A stretch of 64,000 nucleotides of DNA from Lama guanicoe (lineage: Eukaryota), in contig MU053994.1 of the NCBI GenBank assembly GCA_013239625.1, positions 2,609,589-2,673,588 of the forward strand, in the 5' to 3' direction. The first letter of the stretch is position 1, and each line of letters opens with the position of its first letter. The notes under the pieces are model-generated. The model was not told the DNA's origin. It searched no databases and worked only from the letters and a program-made list of their open reading frames with translations. A program made the position numbers and the translations under genes. Below, one piece after another: positions 48,130-61,399 of the stretch.

Positions 48130-48575
48130 TGTTGTATCAGCTAGAAATGATTTTGATTGCAAGAACAGACAATATGGCTAACAGTGGACAGGAGTTCATT
48201 TCTCTCACATAATGGGGGTGACTGGAGATTTGTGGTGGCTGGGGAATTGGTTCAATGTCTCAACTGTATCAGGATCCTGTGCTCCATAACTTTACGGTTC
48301 CTTGATGGTTGCTGCACCTCCAGACATGGCATGAAGTAAAGAAAAAGAAATGGTCCCAGGATATTTGTCTTGTTCATTATATAAAGCAAAACTCTCCCAG
48401 AAGCCCTCTGACAGATTTCTGCGTTATAGTCCCTTAGTCAGAAACTGAAAATCATGGCCACTGCTGGCTATGAGGGAGACTGGGACGCCAAGGCTTTCTG
48501 TAGCCTCTAGAATGGAGACCTGGCCAGGGCAAGAGCAGATGGGAACAGACATGGGGTCAGCGTGTCAACACGTGT
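48130..48575. mobile_element. MLT1 (MaLR) LTR remnant
   Basis: 'tgtatcagctag..gattgcaagaacaga', 'ggttgctgcacctccagacat', 'catggccactgctggcta'. Confidence 0.65.
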
Positions 48576-48980
48576 GAAACACATGTAACTTGTATGCTGT
48601 TCAGTTCTAGTGAATGGGACACAGGGTAGCAGAATGAAGGAAGAAATCAAAGCAGTTCTTTCTGCCAGGAGTTCATGATCTCGTTTCATTTATTTCGCCA
48701 AAATACAAATCAAAGCCACTGTTCAAGCTTTATTTACTAAAATTTTCTTTAGTATACTATATGATCTGACCCAATTTAACTTCCTGCCCACATGCATTTG
48801 CTCATGCTGTTAGCTCAGCCTGAATGGATCTCTTCCCATTTCTACGTAGTAAATGTTTCATTTCTTCTTCCCAACCTGGCTCAAATATTATCTCTCCCAT
48901 GAATGTTCCTTAATCTCCCCAACTGGAAATTATCTGTGAGCTCCCAAAATACATGAGTATCATCAAAAATAACAAGAGCT

Positions 48981-49091
48981 CTCTATAGTGAAAAAGAACC
49001 TGAAAAAAGACTAAATACATATATAACTGAATCACTGTGCTGTACATCAGAAACCAACACAACATTGGAAATCAGCTACACGATAAAAATG
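48981..49091 (+). mobile_element. Short L1 3' end
   Basis: 'tataactgaatcactgtgctgtaca'; TSD AAAATA(A/G)CAAGAGCT at 48966-48980 and 49092-49106. Confidence 0.82.
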
Positions 49092-49109
49092 AAAATAGCA
49101 AGAGCTTAA

Positions 49110-49705
49110 ATGCTTAAGATAAGACTTTTCAATCTTCACAACCACCCAATGAAGTAGGTACTATTGTTATTCCCATTCTACGGTGTTGAAACTGAAGTTT
49201 AGATGAAATAATTTGGTCAACCGCACACAGTTTGTAAGGGCTAAAGTGAAGATTCAAGCCCCACTCAATCCAATGCCCAAATCCATTCTCTTTACACCAC
49301 GTCATATTACTTTCTCTGTATACCCACTGACTGTAAGAGGGTAAATTAAGGTAGAAATGTCTTATTCATCTCTAACTAGCCTCCCCTCCCAATTCACCCA
49401 CTGCTTTGGAATTTAGAGGTGCTCAAAATGTTATTAAATAGGTAAAGCCTCTGGGAATATGGCGGCAAAATAGGAATGTAAGAAGGAGATTAGAAATCAG
49501 CCTGTCTGGGTTCAAATCATGACTTACTTGAGCAAGTTATTTATCTACCCTATACCACAATTCCCTTACCAGTATAATAGGAATAATGACTCTTCCTCTG
49601 TCTTACTGAGATATTTTATTAGGCTTAAGTGAAATATTACATATAAAGTACTTAAAAGAGTGTTTGCCACAAAGTAACTGCTCGATAACTGTTAACTATT
49701 ATTTC
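49110..49705. mobile_element. Two MIR fragments in opposite orientation
   Basis: MIR core minus ~49130-49300; plus ~49490-49700. Confidence 0.7.
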
Positions 49706-51484
49706 TTTTTCCAATAGCCTTTTTTCAAACTGAGATTAAGGACGCTAAGAATAGAGGAACCTATTTTCAGATGGGCCTCCCTAACATTATGAAACAAACA
49801 GAATGACTCAGGAAATTTTTTGCTTCATATAGTTGTTCCCATTACATGATTTAAATTTATTCTTCATAAATATGTAGCAACAATAAATATCTACATCTTT
49901 TTCTCTAATTCCACACCCTACCCCAACAAAACAGGAACCTTAACAGGCATTCAGTTTTCTTTTCTACCTTCTTCTGCCTTTTCATATTGAGATCACCTGG
50001 GAATTGGGTTAGACTGTTCATTTTTTTCTCTTATGCAGCAATATTTACTTAGGTTTGCTTCCTTTTTTCTTCCTTCTTGGCTCATTTTCATTTTACCATA
50101 TTCAAATATTTGCCAATTCAAAGAATTCTTTCAAAAACAGTTTACCTATCCATAGACACCGAGAAACCGTGAAGTTGTCAGGGTCTGGGAAAAACAGTTC
50201 AGAGGTGCTAAACAAGCATGTTTCATTTAGCTCTTGAAGCTGAATGCTAAGGAGGCTGTGTAGAAAATTCTACGATCAAAATGATTGTCCCTCAAAACTT
50301 TCAAGATATTGCCTTAGAGCATCCATTGTTACCAATTCTGTTCTCTTCACTTGATGGGTAACCAGTTTATTTTTCCTCTAAGTGTTTTTAGGATTTTCTT
50401 TCATTATAAGATCTAAATTTTCACCATAATGTATCTAGGTAGACGATTTTGTTAAAAAAAAAAATCTATCTATGCCCTTGGTGGGACCTTGCATCCTGAA
50501 GACTAATATCTTTCCTGAGAGCTTATATTTCATTTATTATTCCTTCATTCCCTCCCTGTTACTCTCTCTGTTTTATCCAGGAAGAATCACTATCATGTGC
50601 ACGTTTAAACTTGTGGATCTATCTTCCATGTCTCTAGATGTGTCTCTTATACTTCTCATTTCTTTGCCTTGGTGTACTGTGTTCTGGAAGAATCTCTTGG
50701 CTCAACTTCATCTGTATTTAAGGCTGAAATTAAGCCAGTATATCCTATTAGGGCACTCTGTTCTGAGTGTTACTAGTCAAGTGTATATTCTGATTGTTTG
50801 ATCCCTGTGCCATTCTAGTCAGCAAATATTTTTAATATCACTCCTGGATGTGTTTGTTATTCTTTTTAGCCCATCTCTTGAGTTTTTCATTTCAGTGATC
50901 ATATATTTCATTTCTAAAAACCCTAGTTATATTTTTTCCCTCATTCACTTTCCCCTAGAATATCTCTGGATGTATTATACTTAATTTTAAAGTCTTCTTT
51001 GGTTTGCCATGTTAACTGTTTCTTCCATTTGGGAAGTAGGCTAACTTATTTTCATGGTTTTGCTTGGTCCTGTGCTAATATTTCTTTGAGGTACTTCATT
51101 ATTCTGTCCATGGATTTTTGTTTCATGTAATTAATTTGGCATTGCTAGCAATGGAGGGGTTCTAAGGAGGTTTCAGTTCTCTGAATTAATCTGTAATGTC
51201 ATTCTCTCAGTATTAAGGTGTATAAGTATTTTTTGCATGGATATTCTTATAGCTATATAATTACCTGCCACATAGGAGTGGGGCCTCCTTTATGAGCAGG
51301 TGATGCTATATGGAAAGCCTTGAAGGAAGCCTTGAGTCTCCCTGAAAAATCAAAATCCCAGGGATATGCCTCTTCTGGGTCTGAAGTCCAAGTTTATACT
51401 GCCCACAAGGTTTGCTAATCCCAACCTATAAGATCAATGTAAAAAAATTGGTCCCAGTCCAGTCATACTTCCTTAAGAAACTGA

Positions 51485-52254
51485 TGTGCTAATTATTAGT
51501 TTGCTGCCTCTCAGTTCTAAATCTACCTTTCTTGGCCCTGGTCTGTGATGCTGAACCTTGTAAGCACGTCTCCTTTGCTAGAGAGTGTAATGTTAAGCTT
51601 TGTCAAGTGAGGGTGCTGGAGGAACAGTGCAAAGCACAGCAGAGACCAGAGCTACTCTTTCTCATCTGGTGTTTTTTTTTTTTTTCCCCTTCCTGAATCT
51701 ATGGTGCAACTGTCCGTGGTGTGCAGGAGACTGAGTGGTGCTCACCATTCAGCAATTTTCACCGGAATCCCAGCAGGTGGCATCCTTGCCAACAGCGTAC
51801 AGGAGACCCAGTGACACACACCCTCAGTGAGTTTCCCTGGCACCCAAACAGGCAGCTGCCCACTCTCCAGCCCTAGCTCGCTATCCTCAGCTCACCAGTA
51901 CCTTGGTCAGCAGCTACTTGATCACCAGTCGTGGCCTTCCAGTTGTGGACCAGCTCTAATCTGTTGCACCTCAGAGGATTTTCCCACCATCCAGTGGGCT
52001 GCAACCTAGTCTCTTTGAGAAAGTCTGAGTCTCAGCCTAGGGATGGGCGAAAGGGCAGTGCTCTTTTAAGTTTTTCTATCCTTGGATCCTTTCCCTTAAC
52101 TCTAGAGATAGTAACCGCTCCCTGCAATGCTATTCCTGTGTTCTTCAAAGCTCTCTCTTATCCATTTACTAATCACCTTTAACTTTAGTAATTCTTTGTA
52201 TTAATTATATTCAAATTACTAGTGTGCCTTCTGTCTCCTCTCCTAATTGACACA
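51485..52254 (+). mobile_element. ERVL solo LTR (LTR41-like)
   Basis: 'tgtgctaattattagtttgctgcctctcagttctaaatctacc..' start and '..ctgtctcctc..gacaca' end. Confidence 0.72.
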
Positions 52255-52299
52255 CCTGGCAAAAGTAAGTACCAAGAGCCCCAGTCATATTGGATACAC

Positions 52300-54990
52300 A
52301 TAGAAAAAAGAAAACACCCCACCGCTGTTGAACTTATAATAAAAAATTATAAATCCTCATAAGGAAACAACCTACCATAAGCAGAAATCAGCAGACATAA
52401 TAAATGGAGGATTAGGGCCCCTCAAAATAGACATAATAAGATAAAATTTGAAAGAGAATATAAGATCAGTATATTTTAGATCCTTAGAAACCTAAAAGAA
52501 GGATCAAAACACTAAGAAAAGAACAAGACTCTATGAAAAAAGAACAGATAGATTAGGAAAAATAACCATAGAAAGATAAAGACAAAAAAATACAGGTACT
52601 GAAAAACAGTTTCAGGGATGAATTAAAAAGCAAATTAGACACAGATAAAAAGAGAATAAATGAACTATGGAACAGATTCAAGGAAATGTTCCAGAATTTT
52701 GTGACCCAGTGACACAAAGATTGAAAATATTTAAAGAAGTTTAAGAGACCTGGAAGATAAAATGTGTAAGACCCAGAGAAGTGTTCATAGTATGCTACCT
52801 TTTGAGTAAAAAAGAGGAAAATAAGACTGTGTATTTATATCTTATTATATTTCCATAAAAAACTCAAAGGGTACATCAAAAATGATAAAAAAAAGTAGTA
52901 CATCTGTGTGAATGTGCTTGTGGTGAGGGAAATAGGAGATGTGGGCAAGGGTAGGACTGAGATTTTTTATTACTATATACATTTTATTTACTTTTTTATC
53001 CTCAAGCTAACACCTCACTTTATTCTTTTCTAGTTTTATTGTGATATAATTGACATATAGCATTCTGCAAGCTTACAGTGTACAGCATAATGATTTGACT
53101 TATATATATTGTGAAATAATTATCACAAGAAGTTTAGTGGACATCCATCATTTCATATAGATCCCCCAAAAAAGAAAAGAAAAAATGGGTTTTTTCCCTT
53201 ATGATGAGAACTCTTAGGACCTACTCACTTAATAATTCTGAAATTACTATACAGCAGTGTTAAATATAGTCATCACGCTGTACATTACATCCATAGTACT
53301 TAAGTATACATTTTATATTGGTTTAATTTAAAAACCATGTGTGTTACTTTAGGTCTTCTGAGAAGCAGGAGTCAAGATGGAATTGGATATACAAGAGACT
53401 GATTGGAGGAAATGCCTGTGCATGTGAAAGGGGAGGGAGCCCCAGAAGGTGGGAAAAGTTTTCAGACCACAATGCAGGTCTGAGCCCCAGCCAAAAGGGA
53501 CGGTTGCGTAGGCAGATCTTAAGACTGCAGTGCAGTTCTAAGAAGGGTTCAGCCAGGCTGGTGAGGAGTCCTCAAGCTAAAGTAGCCCATCAGAGGAGTC
53601 ACATGTCTTGCAGGAATGGGTCTGCCTTAGTATCTTTGCTGTGCTTAGTCACTGACTGAGAGCAGCCTGCGTGATGTGTGGCCTTGGTGGCCTCCATGCT
53701 GATGCGGGGGCGGATTCAGAGTGCAGCAGCTGAGGCCATCTGTCAATTACACTCCCATAGCAAGTGATCTGAGTGGCATATTTTCAAAGCTGCCAACCCA
53801 TGTGATTAAATTTTGTATTCACAGAAGGACAAAATAAAGACATTTTCAGACAAAGATGGAAGGAGCTTATCACTCACAGACTGTCACTCTAAGAACCTCT
53901 GAAGGATTCATTTTGGAAAGAAATATTTTGAATCCTGAAGGACAGTGTAGGATGCATCTTTATTCAGGATTATAAACAAATCTTCTCTGAGGAAGGGAAG
54001 GAAAGGCCCCTAAATACATCACCTTGGAATGTAAGCAAATGTCACTTAGGGAGACATATCTCTAAATCTCTAGCTTCCAAGGCCTTTGCTATTCAAACAT
54101 GTTCTTTGCTCAGAAGACCTAACTGCAGAACTGTGAAATATCCAGTGGAGAATTGTCTCTTGACACCCAACTTGTCGATTTCTGCAAAAAAAAAAGTGTG
54201 CTAGAATTTTGGTAGGGATTGTGTTAATCTACAGATCAATTTGGGGAGAATTTCCATATTAATAATAGAGTCCTCCAATCCAACAGATGTTTCTCCATTT
54301 ATTTAGATCTTCTTTAACTTCCTTCATCAGTGTTTAAAATTTTCAGTGTACATGTACTTATTTTGTTAAATTTATCCCGAAGTATTTTTAGTATTTTTAA
54401 TTCTATTGTGAATGAAATTGCTTTCTTCTTCCTTTTTATTTGAAATATAGTTGATATGCAATATTATGTTAGTTTTAGGTGAATGGAAGTTTTCTTAATT
54501 TCACTTTGGATTGTTTATTGCTTGTAAATAGTAATACAATTGACTTTCATATACTGATTTTGTCCTGTGATTTTGCTGAACTTATTTATTACTTATAATA
54601 GTTTTTTTGTATATGAATTCCTTAGGATTTTCTACATATAGGATCATGTCATCCACAAATAAAGACAGTTTTACTTATTCCTTTGTAATCTGGATACCTT
54701 TTATTTTTCTTGCCTGATTGCACTGGCCAGAACTCCAGTAGAGCATGGAAGTGGCAACAGTGAAGTGGCAAGAGTAGATATCCTTGCTTTTTTCTAAATC
54801 TTAAACGGAAACATCCAGTCTTTTATTATTAAGTATGATGTTAACTGCAGGTTTTTTGTACACGTCCTTATCAGATTGAGGAATTTCCCTTTATTCGAGG
54901 TTTGTTGAGTTTGTATTATGAACGTCAAATGCCTTTTTTCCTGTATCTATTGAGATAATCAGGTGGTTTCTGTCCTTTATTCTGTTGTTT
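52300..54990. mobile_element. Cluster of old L1 fragments and an LTR
   Basis: L1 ORF1-like A-rich ~52300-52770; minus L1 3' end ~53030-53310; MaLR/ERVL-like LTR ~53340-53780; minus L1 ORF2 ~54180-54990. Confidence 0.65.
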
Positions 54991-57639
54991 ACTTTAAGGT
55001 AAATTTAATTTTCCTGAACTTTTAGAGAGGAGATATGGATTTATAACTTTATGGCTAGAGCTCTCTCCTGCTGTTTTTGTGAAGTGTCCAAAACTACAGT
55101 AGCTTAATTTCTACGATCTCCAGTCTCCATTTCTCTCCTTTACTTTCTCTGGACTGGTTCTTTCCTTTGTCTCTATTGTCACTATCCTGTTCAATTTAGA
55201 TTCAGTCGTAGATCTCCTCAGTGTGGATCTTTATCCTCAAAGAATGCTTTGGCTGGTTAGTTCCAAGAGCTCATAAGTTTCAGTCGGGCTGTTTTAGCCC
55301 TCTTAGACCTTACTAAGATCCACGGTACTCACTTGCCTTTGGAATGTTACACCCTCCACGGTTTAACTCCTGCCCTTATGTTGGCTCTGCGAGCTTTCAG
55401 TGAGTACCTGTTGGTTTTATCATTGTTTTCAGGTCAGTGAGAGGCCCTATTGTTTCCCTGTGCCTCCTTCTGTACATAAGCTGATACTGTAGGTATTGTA
55501 GCTGTCACTAGTTTGGCCTTACTTCCCCATATTTTTTTTCAGGGTGGGGGAGAATTTATCATCTAGTTTTGTTGCACAAATAGCTCCTGTTTAAAAAGAA
55601 AGTTAGCAGCTGAATAACTGAAATGTAAAAATGGGAAACCAAAGAACAAAAGTGAAGTACGTCAACTCCTGGGACCAGGGCTGTGACAGGTGTGTGCGTG
55701 TGTGTGTGTGCATGTGTGTGTGTTATATAATCCCTTTTATTGGACCACATCTTCTGTGCATCAGGTGGCAGAAATAATTGGGAATGGACAGGGAATAAAC
55801 AACAGAAAAAAGTGACACTCTTCACCTCTGCTACTTCAACTTGCTAATTTCTTTTTTAACAATTAAGTGAAAATTAAGATACAGTAGGGAGTGTGGAATT
55901 ATATTTTATACAAATAGTTCTGAGTGGAGAAGAAAGGCAGTTAATGAGCTGGTACCTTTGTGTTGCAATAGATGTAATTTGAATCCTTCAAATAAGGATG
56001 TTTGAGGTTTTTATCGTGGTGGGATAATGAGAACTGTTATTATAGTATATTCTCTGTTCAAGGAAGGAGACCTTCAGACTGAATTTTACTCTCAACTGCC
56101 ATCAGAAGACAAGTAAAATAAGCAAAGATTCATGACCTAACTGCAAGTGATTACTCAACAAAGTCCAACAAATTTGAAGTCAGTGAGAGTAATCTCAAGG
56201 CTCTAGGTAGATAACTTTTAAACCAAATAACCAAATAACCATGCCTTTATACCATAAGATGATTTATACATATATAGATATAAATGTCTAGATTCAAGTT
56301 TAAAAATAAACATTTTAAAATCTGGCATGCTATGTGATTAGAATTCTCAGTGACTAAAACAGGGACTTTCCATTTTTAAAAAGGAAAGTGTTTCAATGGG
56401 ATATTTCAAACCCACCTCCACACATGCTATTCTTATCCCAAGAATTTTATTTCAGTCATTGTGCAACATTTTGAATTTCTCCACAAATAACTTTGTACTT
56501 TTGTCTTTTATTCCCCAAATGCTTAAAATCATGCATTTTAAACCTTAAAAATTCCCTAGTTTACTCAGTAATTTATGATGCCTGAGTTTGGAAATGTCAC
56601 TCTGATTCATTAGCTGAGAATAAATTTTCAAAAAATTATCTTTAAGAATTACAAAAACCAAAAAGGTAAAGATTAACAAGAAGCATTTATCTTGAATATT
56701 CAGCCTTCATAATAAAAAGGAGGGGATATACTTCTCTGGTAATATTTTATTGAGAAGCCATAGAAGGAAACACACATACTTGTAAATATTTTTCAGGTAC
56801 ACACATTCGAAAGCAAACCTTAATTTCAGAATCAATCTAGTTTCCAACATTTTCCCAACTGCCTAGTGTATTCCAATTTGCTGCCATAATAATTGGTTAT
56901 GCTTGAAAATTATAGGAAGAATAATTAAAGGTTTTACTCAGGAAAATCAAAAATACATTGCAGAGTGATGCTGTCCAAGTAATTTGAAAATTCAACTTAA
57001 AATTAATGGGCAAAGTGCCTCATTAAACATCATCAAGCAATTGTGATTTTTGAGGAACATAGATGCTAGTTCCAGAAGCCTCCCCTGCTTTCTCCTTCAT
57101 CTTACCAACATAATTGATATGTGTTGTCAATGGAGAGAGATTTACAGTAAGCGGAGCCGGATGAATAAAACTGGATGTCTAATAATATCTGTATCTAAGA
57201 AATAATTTATTTCACTTAAGCCTGTTCAAAATTGAGCTAATACTGAAAAAGCGATTAAGGTAAAAGATGAAAGATCTACCCAATTTTTTAGGGCAGGGAG
57301 CCGGAGAAGAAGATGAATGACAAAAGAAAGAAAAGCAATCACAAAGGAATTGCTGAGAGAAGAAAGAACACATACGTAAGAATAAAACAACAAAATCCTG
57401 GCTCTCTAAGAGCTACAGTCTGAAGAAGAAGGGGGAGCCCACATTCACAACTCTTATAAATACATTTGCATGGGACCTGACAATGTTGTCTTTCATTATT
57501 CAGAGTTATAACTATTGATAGAGTCAAAGTATTGTGATTGAAGGATATGGAAGGAATAGCTTGTAGAAAATATTTGCCCAGTGACCAGCATTATAGTTCT
57601 TAAAGCATAAATGTCAGCCAACAGGTCCCTGTTGAAACA

Positions 57640-60120
57640 CATTTAATTAGAGTAGGCAACATATTTCATTGAAAACATTTTTTGAGCCCCTATAATGTGC
57701 CGGGGATGATTCTATACACTGAGACTAATGAGAAAACGAAACATAAAAATTCGTGCCTTCAGAAGATTATATTCTCGTGGGGAAAATAGACAAAAACATG
57801 AAATAAGTAAAGTTATAAATATACATATAAAATATAGATTCAAAAAGAGCTAAGTGCTAAAGAGAAAAAAAAAAATGAAGCCAGGAAGGGGGATAAGATG
57901 TCTTGGGTCGGGGTAATGGTGGTGGTGTGGAGATGAATAAGAAGCTGACATTAAATAATATCTAAAGGAAGTGAAGGTATCTGGGAAAAGAGAATTCCAG
58001 GCAGTGGGAAAAAGCAAATGCCAAGACATTGAGACAGGAGCTTGTCTGATGTGTTGGATGAATTACAAGAAGACCAGTGTGGCCAGAGCAAAGTGAGGGA
58101 AGGGAAGAGAAATAAGAGATGAGGTCACCTCCAAGAGTTGCAACTTTTTTCCTTGTGATGAGAATTTTTAAGACCTGCTATCTCAGCAACTTTCAAACAT
58201 ACAATACAGCAGTCTGAACCATAGTCACCATGTTGTACATTACATCTCTAGAGCTTCCTTATCTTATAACTGGAAGTCTGGACCCTTTTACCACCTTCAT
58301 CCAACGCATCCACCCCTCATCCCCTGCCTCTAGCAACCACATATCTGATCTCTGTTTCTATGAGTTTGTTTTTTTAAATTCCACATACGAGTGAGATCAT
58401 ACAGTATATGATATACAGTATACACAGAACTGATTCCTGAGGTCTGACCAAGTGAATCAATGATGGATATTAGCAAAATCCATTGTGGTCATCATTTTGT
58501 GATATATACCTTAAATTTACACAATGTGAATTATATCTCAATAAAACTGGAAAAAAAATAATGGCAACACCAAGTGTGGGTGAGGATATGGAGAAACTGG
58601 ATCTCTCCTGCATTGCTGGTAGAATGTAAAATGGTACAGCTCTTCTGGAAAACAGTTTTGTAGTCCCTTTAAAAATGAAACATACACTTCCAATATGGCC
58701 CAGCAATCACACTTCTGGGTATTTATCCCAGAGAAACAAAAACTTATGTCCACACGAAAACCTGTATATGACTGTTCAAAGCAGTTTTATTTGTAACAGC
58801 TCAAAATTGGATACAGCCCAGATGTCTTTCACAGGTGATGTTTAGTAACTTTGGGACACCCCGTGCCATAGTATACTGCTCAGCAATAAAAAGAAGTGAC
58901 TATTCATTACTAGATATAAAATAGATAAAAAAAATAAGGACCTAGTATAGCACAGGGAACTATATTCAATTTCTTGTAATATCATATAATGGAAAAGAAT
59001 CTGTAAAGAAAAAAATATATATGTATGTATATGTATAACTGAATCACTTTGCTGTACAACTGAAACTAACATTGTTAAGTCAACTCTACTTCCATAATAG
59101 CTTGGATGAATCCTAAGGGCATTATACTGAGTGAACAAAAGCCAATTTCAAAAGCTCACATACTTTGTGATTCTATTCAAATAATATTGTCTAGTGACAA
59201 AATTATAGAGCTAGAGAACAAATTAGTGGTTGCTGGGGTTGGAGTTGGTGGGGGGTGAGGGGAAGAGGTGGGTGTGACTATAAAGGGGTAGCAAAAGGGA
59301 GTTCTTCCCAGTGATGGAAATGTTCTGTATCTTGATTGCAGTGGTGGTTACACAAATCTGCACACGGAATAGAGGCACACAGAACTGCACACACACATTG
59401 TACAGATGTCAGTTTACTGGTTTTGATATGGTTCCCCATTTAGAGAAGATATTAACTATTGGGGGAAAAATGAGTGAAAAGTACCTGGGATCTCTCTGTA
59501 CTATCACTGCAATTTCCTGTGAATCTGTAATTATTTCAAAATATAAACTTGAAAAATGTAATGTAAACCCTAACAAAAATAAAACTTTATTGAAAGACAC
59601 TGAAGACTTAATGAGAAAGAGAAAGAGGTTGGAGAGGTAATTGAGGGCAGTACATGACCCACTCTTCGTGAGGTGTTGGAACTTGACTCTGAGTGAGCTG
59701 AAAAGCTGGATGTTTTAGAGGTGCGGTATCATCAAATTTATGCTTTATCAGGATCACTCTGACTGCTCTGCTGAGAACAGAATGACTCAAGAGAGGGCTT
59801 CCTTTTAAGAACAGAGAAATAATAACTTCTTTGCAGGCACACTGATGGAACAGTCCAGTACAGAGGGGGGAAATTGATGATGCAAGAAAAAGAGAGGGGA
59901 GAATTAGAACTTATCAGCAACTTAGCAAAGGTAGCTAATCAGTCACCTTAAGCAATCCAAATGTATCAAACATATTATATAATTTACCTACTTATTATAC
60001 TTATTGTCTGTGGTCTGTCACCCCCCAACTAGAATGCAAACTCTTCCAGGGGCAGGGACTTTTGTTTGCTTATGTATGCCAAGCACGTAATAGGTGCTCA
60101 ATAAATTTTTGATGCATGAA
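57640..60120. mobile_element. L2 interrupted by several L1 fragments
   Basis: L2 ~57640-58130 and ~59600-59800; minus L1 ~58140-58410; plus L1MC-type ~58560-59550 with nested L1 3' end ~58905-59095; L2 3' end ~60000-60120. Confidence 0.7.
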
Positions 60121-60239
60121 CATATTCTTACAGGTGTAAAGAGAAAAAAGGGTCTGCCACATAAGCATAAATACTTGGTTTGGAGTATGGGCAGCACTTG
60201 GGGAAGATGGAGAGAAATGGTGCCAAAGACACACAGAGA

Positions 60240-60383
60240 TGAGGGAGGGTGTAGCTCAAGTGGTAGAGTGCAAGCTTAGCATACACAAGGTCTTGGGTTC
60301 ATTCCCCGGTACCTCCTCTAAAAATCAATAAATCAGTAAACCTAGTTACCTCACCCCACCAAAAAATTAACAACAACAACAAA
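60240..60383 (+). mobile_element. tRNA-derived SINE (camelid Vic-1-like)
   Basis: GGGAGGGTGTAGCTCAAGTGGTAGAG..GGTTCATTCCCCGG, A-rich tail; TSD AAAGA(C/A)ACACAGAGA at 60225-60239 and 60384-60398. Confidence 0.9.
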
Positions 60384-61399
60384 AAAGAAACACAGAGAGA
60401 AACATCTAGCCAGCCATGGATGTGACTCCATCCTGCAGGGACACAGAAATAACACTGTGCTTTTATGCTTCATGTTTTGTGCTTAGTTTTAAAATCCTTT
60501 TGTATCCAGAGTAAAATGCAGGGAAATATTTTCACTCTCTATCACATGATCACCAGAAGCACGCATTTGATAAATATAGTTTGAATGACTACACTCTTTT
60601 TCAAAGGGCTCACCAGGCCAGTGATTCTGGTATGAGGCCATATAAATTTCCTAAAGCATTCCCAACCCTGAGGTACACACATCCACCACTGTGAGAATCA
60701 CTGCTGAAGATTAAATATTTTTATTTTCTTAAAGACTATTTTTAGGGAAGCATTAAAAATTGATTCATTTGGCCAGACCACAGAAATCAGTGCTCGCAAT
60801 TTTTTTAAATACAATATGCTGAGTATTCTCTCTGACAGTAACCAAGGCCTGTGGAAAAAAGGGTTTCTGCTGTGGTACAGTGACCCTCTTGTCCAGAGTA
60901 TTCAAATAAGTGTCAGATTCTCTTCTCTAGTTTGGAAAAGTTAAGAAAGGGCATATTCTCTGGAACACAAGTTATAATTTCTGACACTTACAAGGGCACC
61001 TTATTCATAAACAATTCAGCTTGAATTGCTATTTGAAGACTGAAACTCACATACTGCTTTGAGCTTAAGTGTTCTTTGCTTAGCTAATAGACTGGACATT
61101 ATTGTAAGTGATAAATCCATTTCTCTCTCTGTAATAGAGAATAAACAACACGTGCCTTTCCTGTCCTCAAAGAAACAGTTGTCATCCTCATAACCTAGTA
61201 AGTTACAACTGAATTCATTATCTCATTCACACAAGGATGCCATTTAATTTGAAGGAATGACTACAGTAAACAATTTTATAAGTAGAATAGACAGAAACCA
61301 TATCTTTAAAAAGATTTCTTGATCTCCATATTTTAAGGCAAAGTCAATCTTCGATCTCATGTGGCCGAGATGAACTGAACTGATCTGATAGGTTACTGT

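Noticed and set aside
60243..60315. tRNA-like sequence with A and B boxes (also ~6890-6968 and ~33530-33604)
   Set aside because: Heads of SINEs with A-rich tails and TSDs, not tRNA genes
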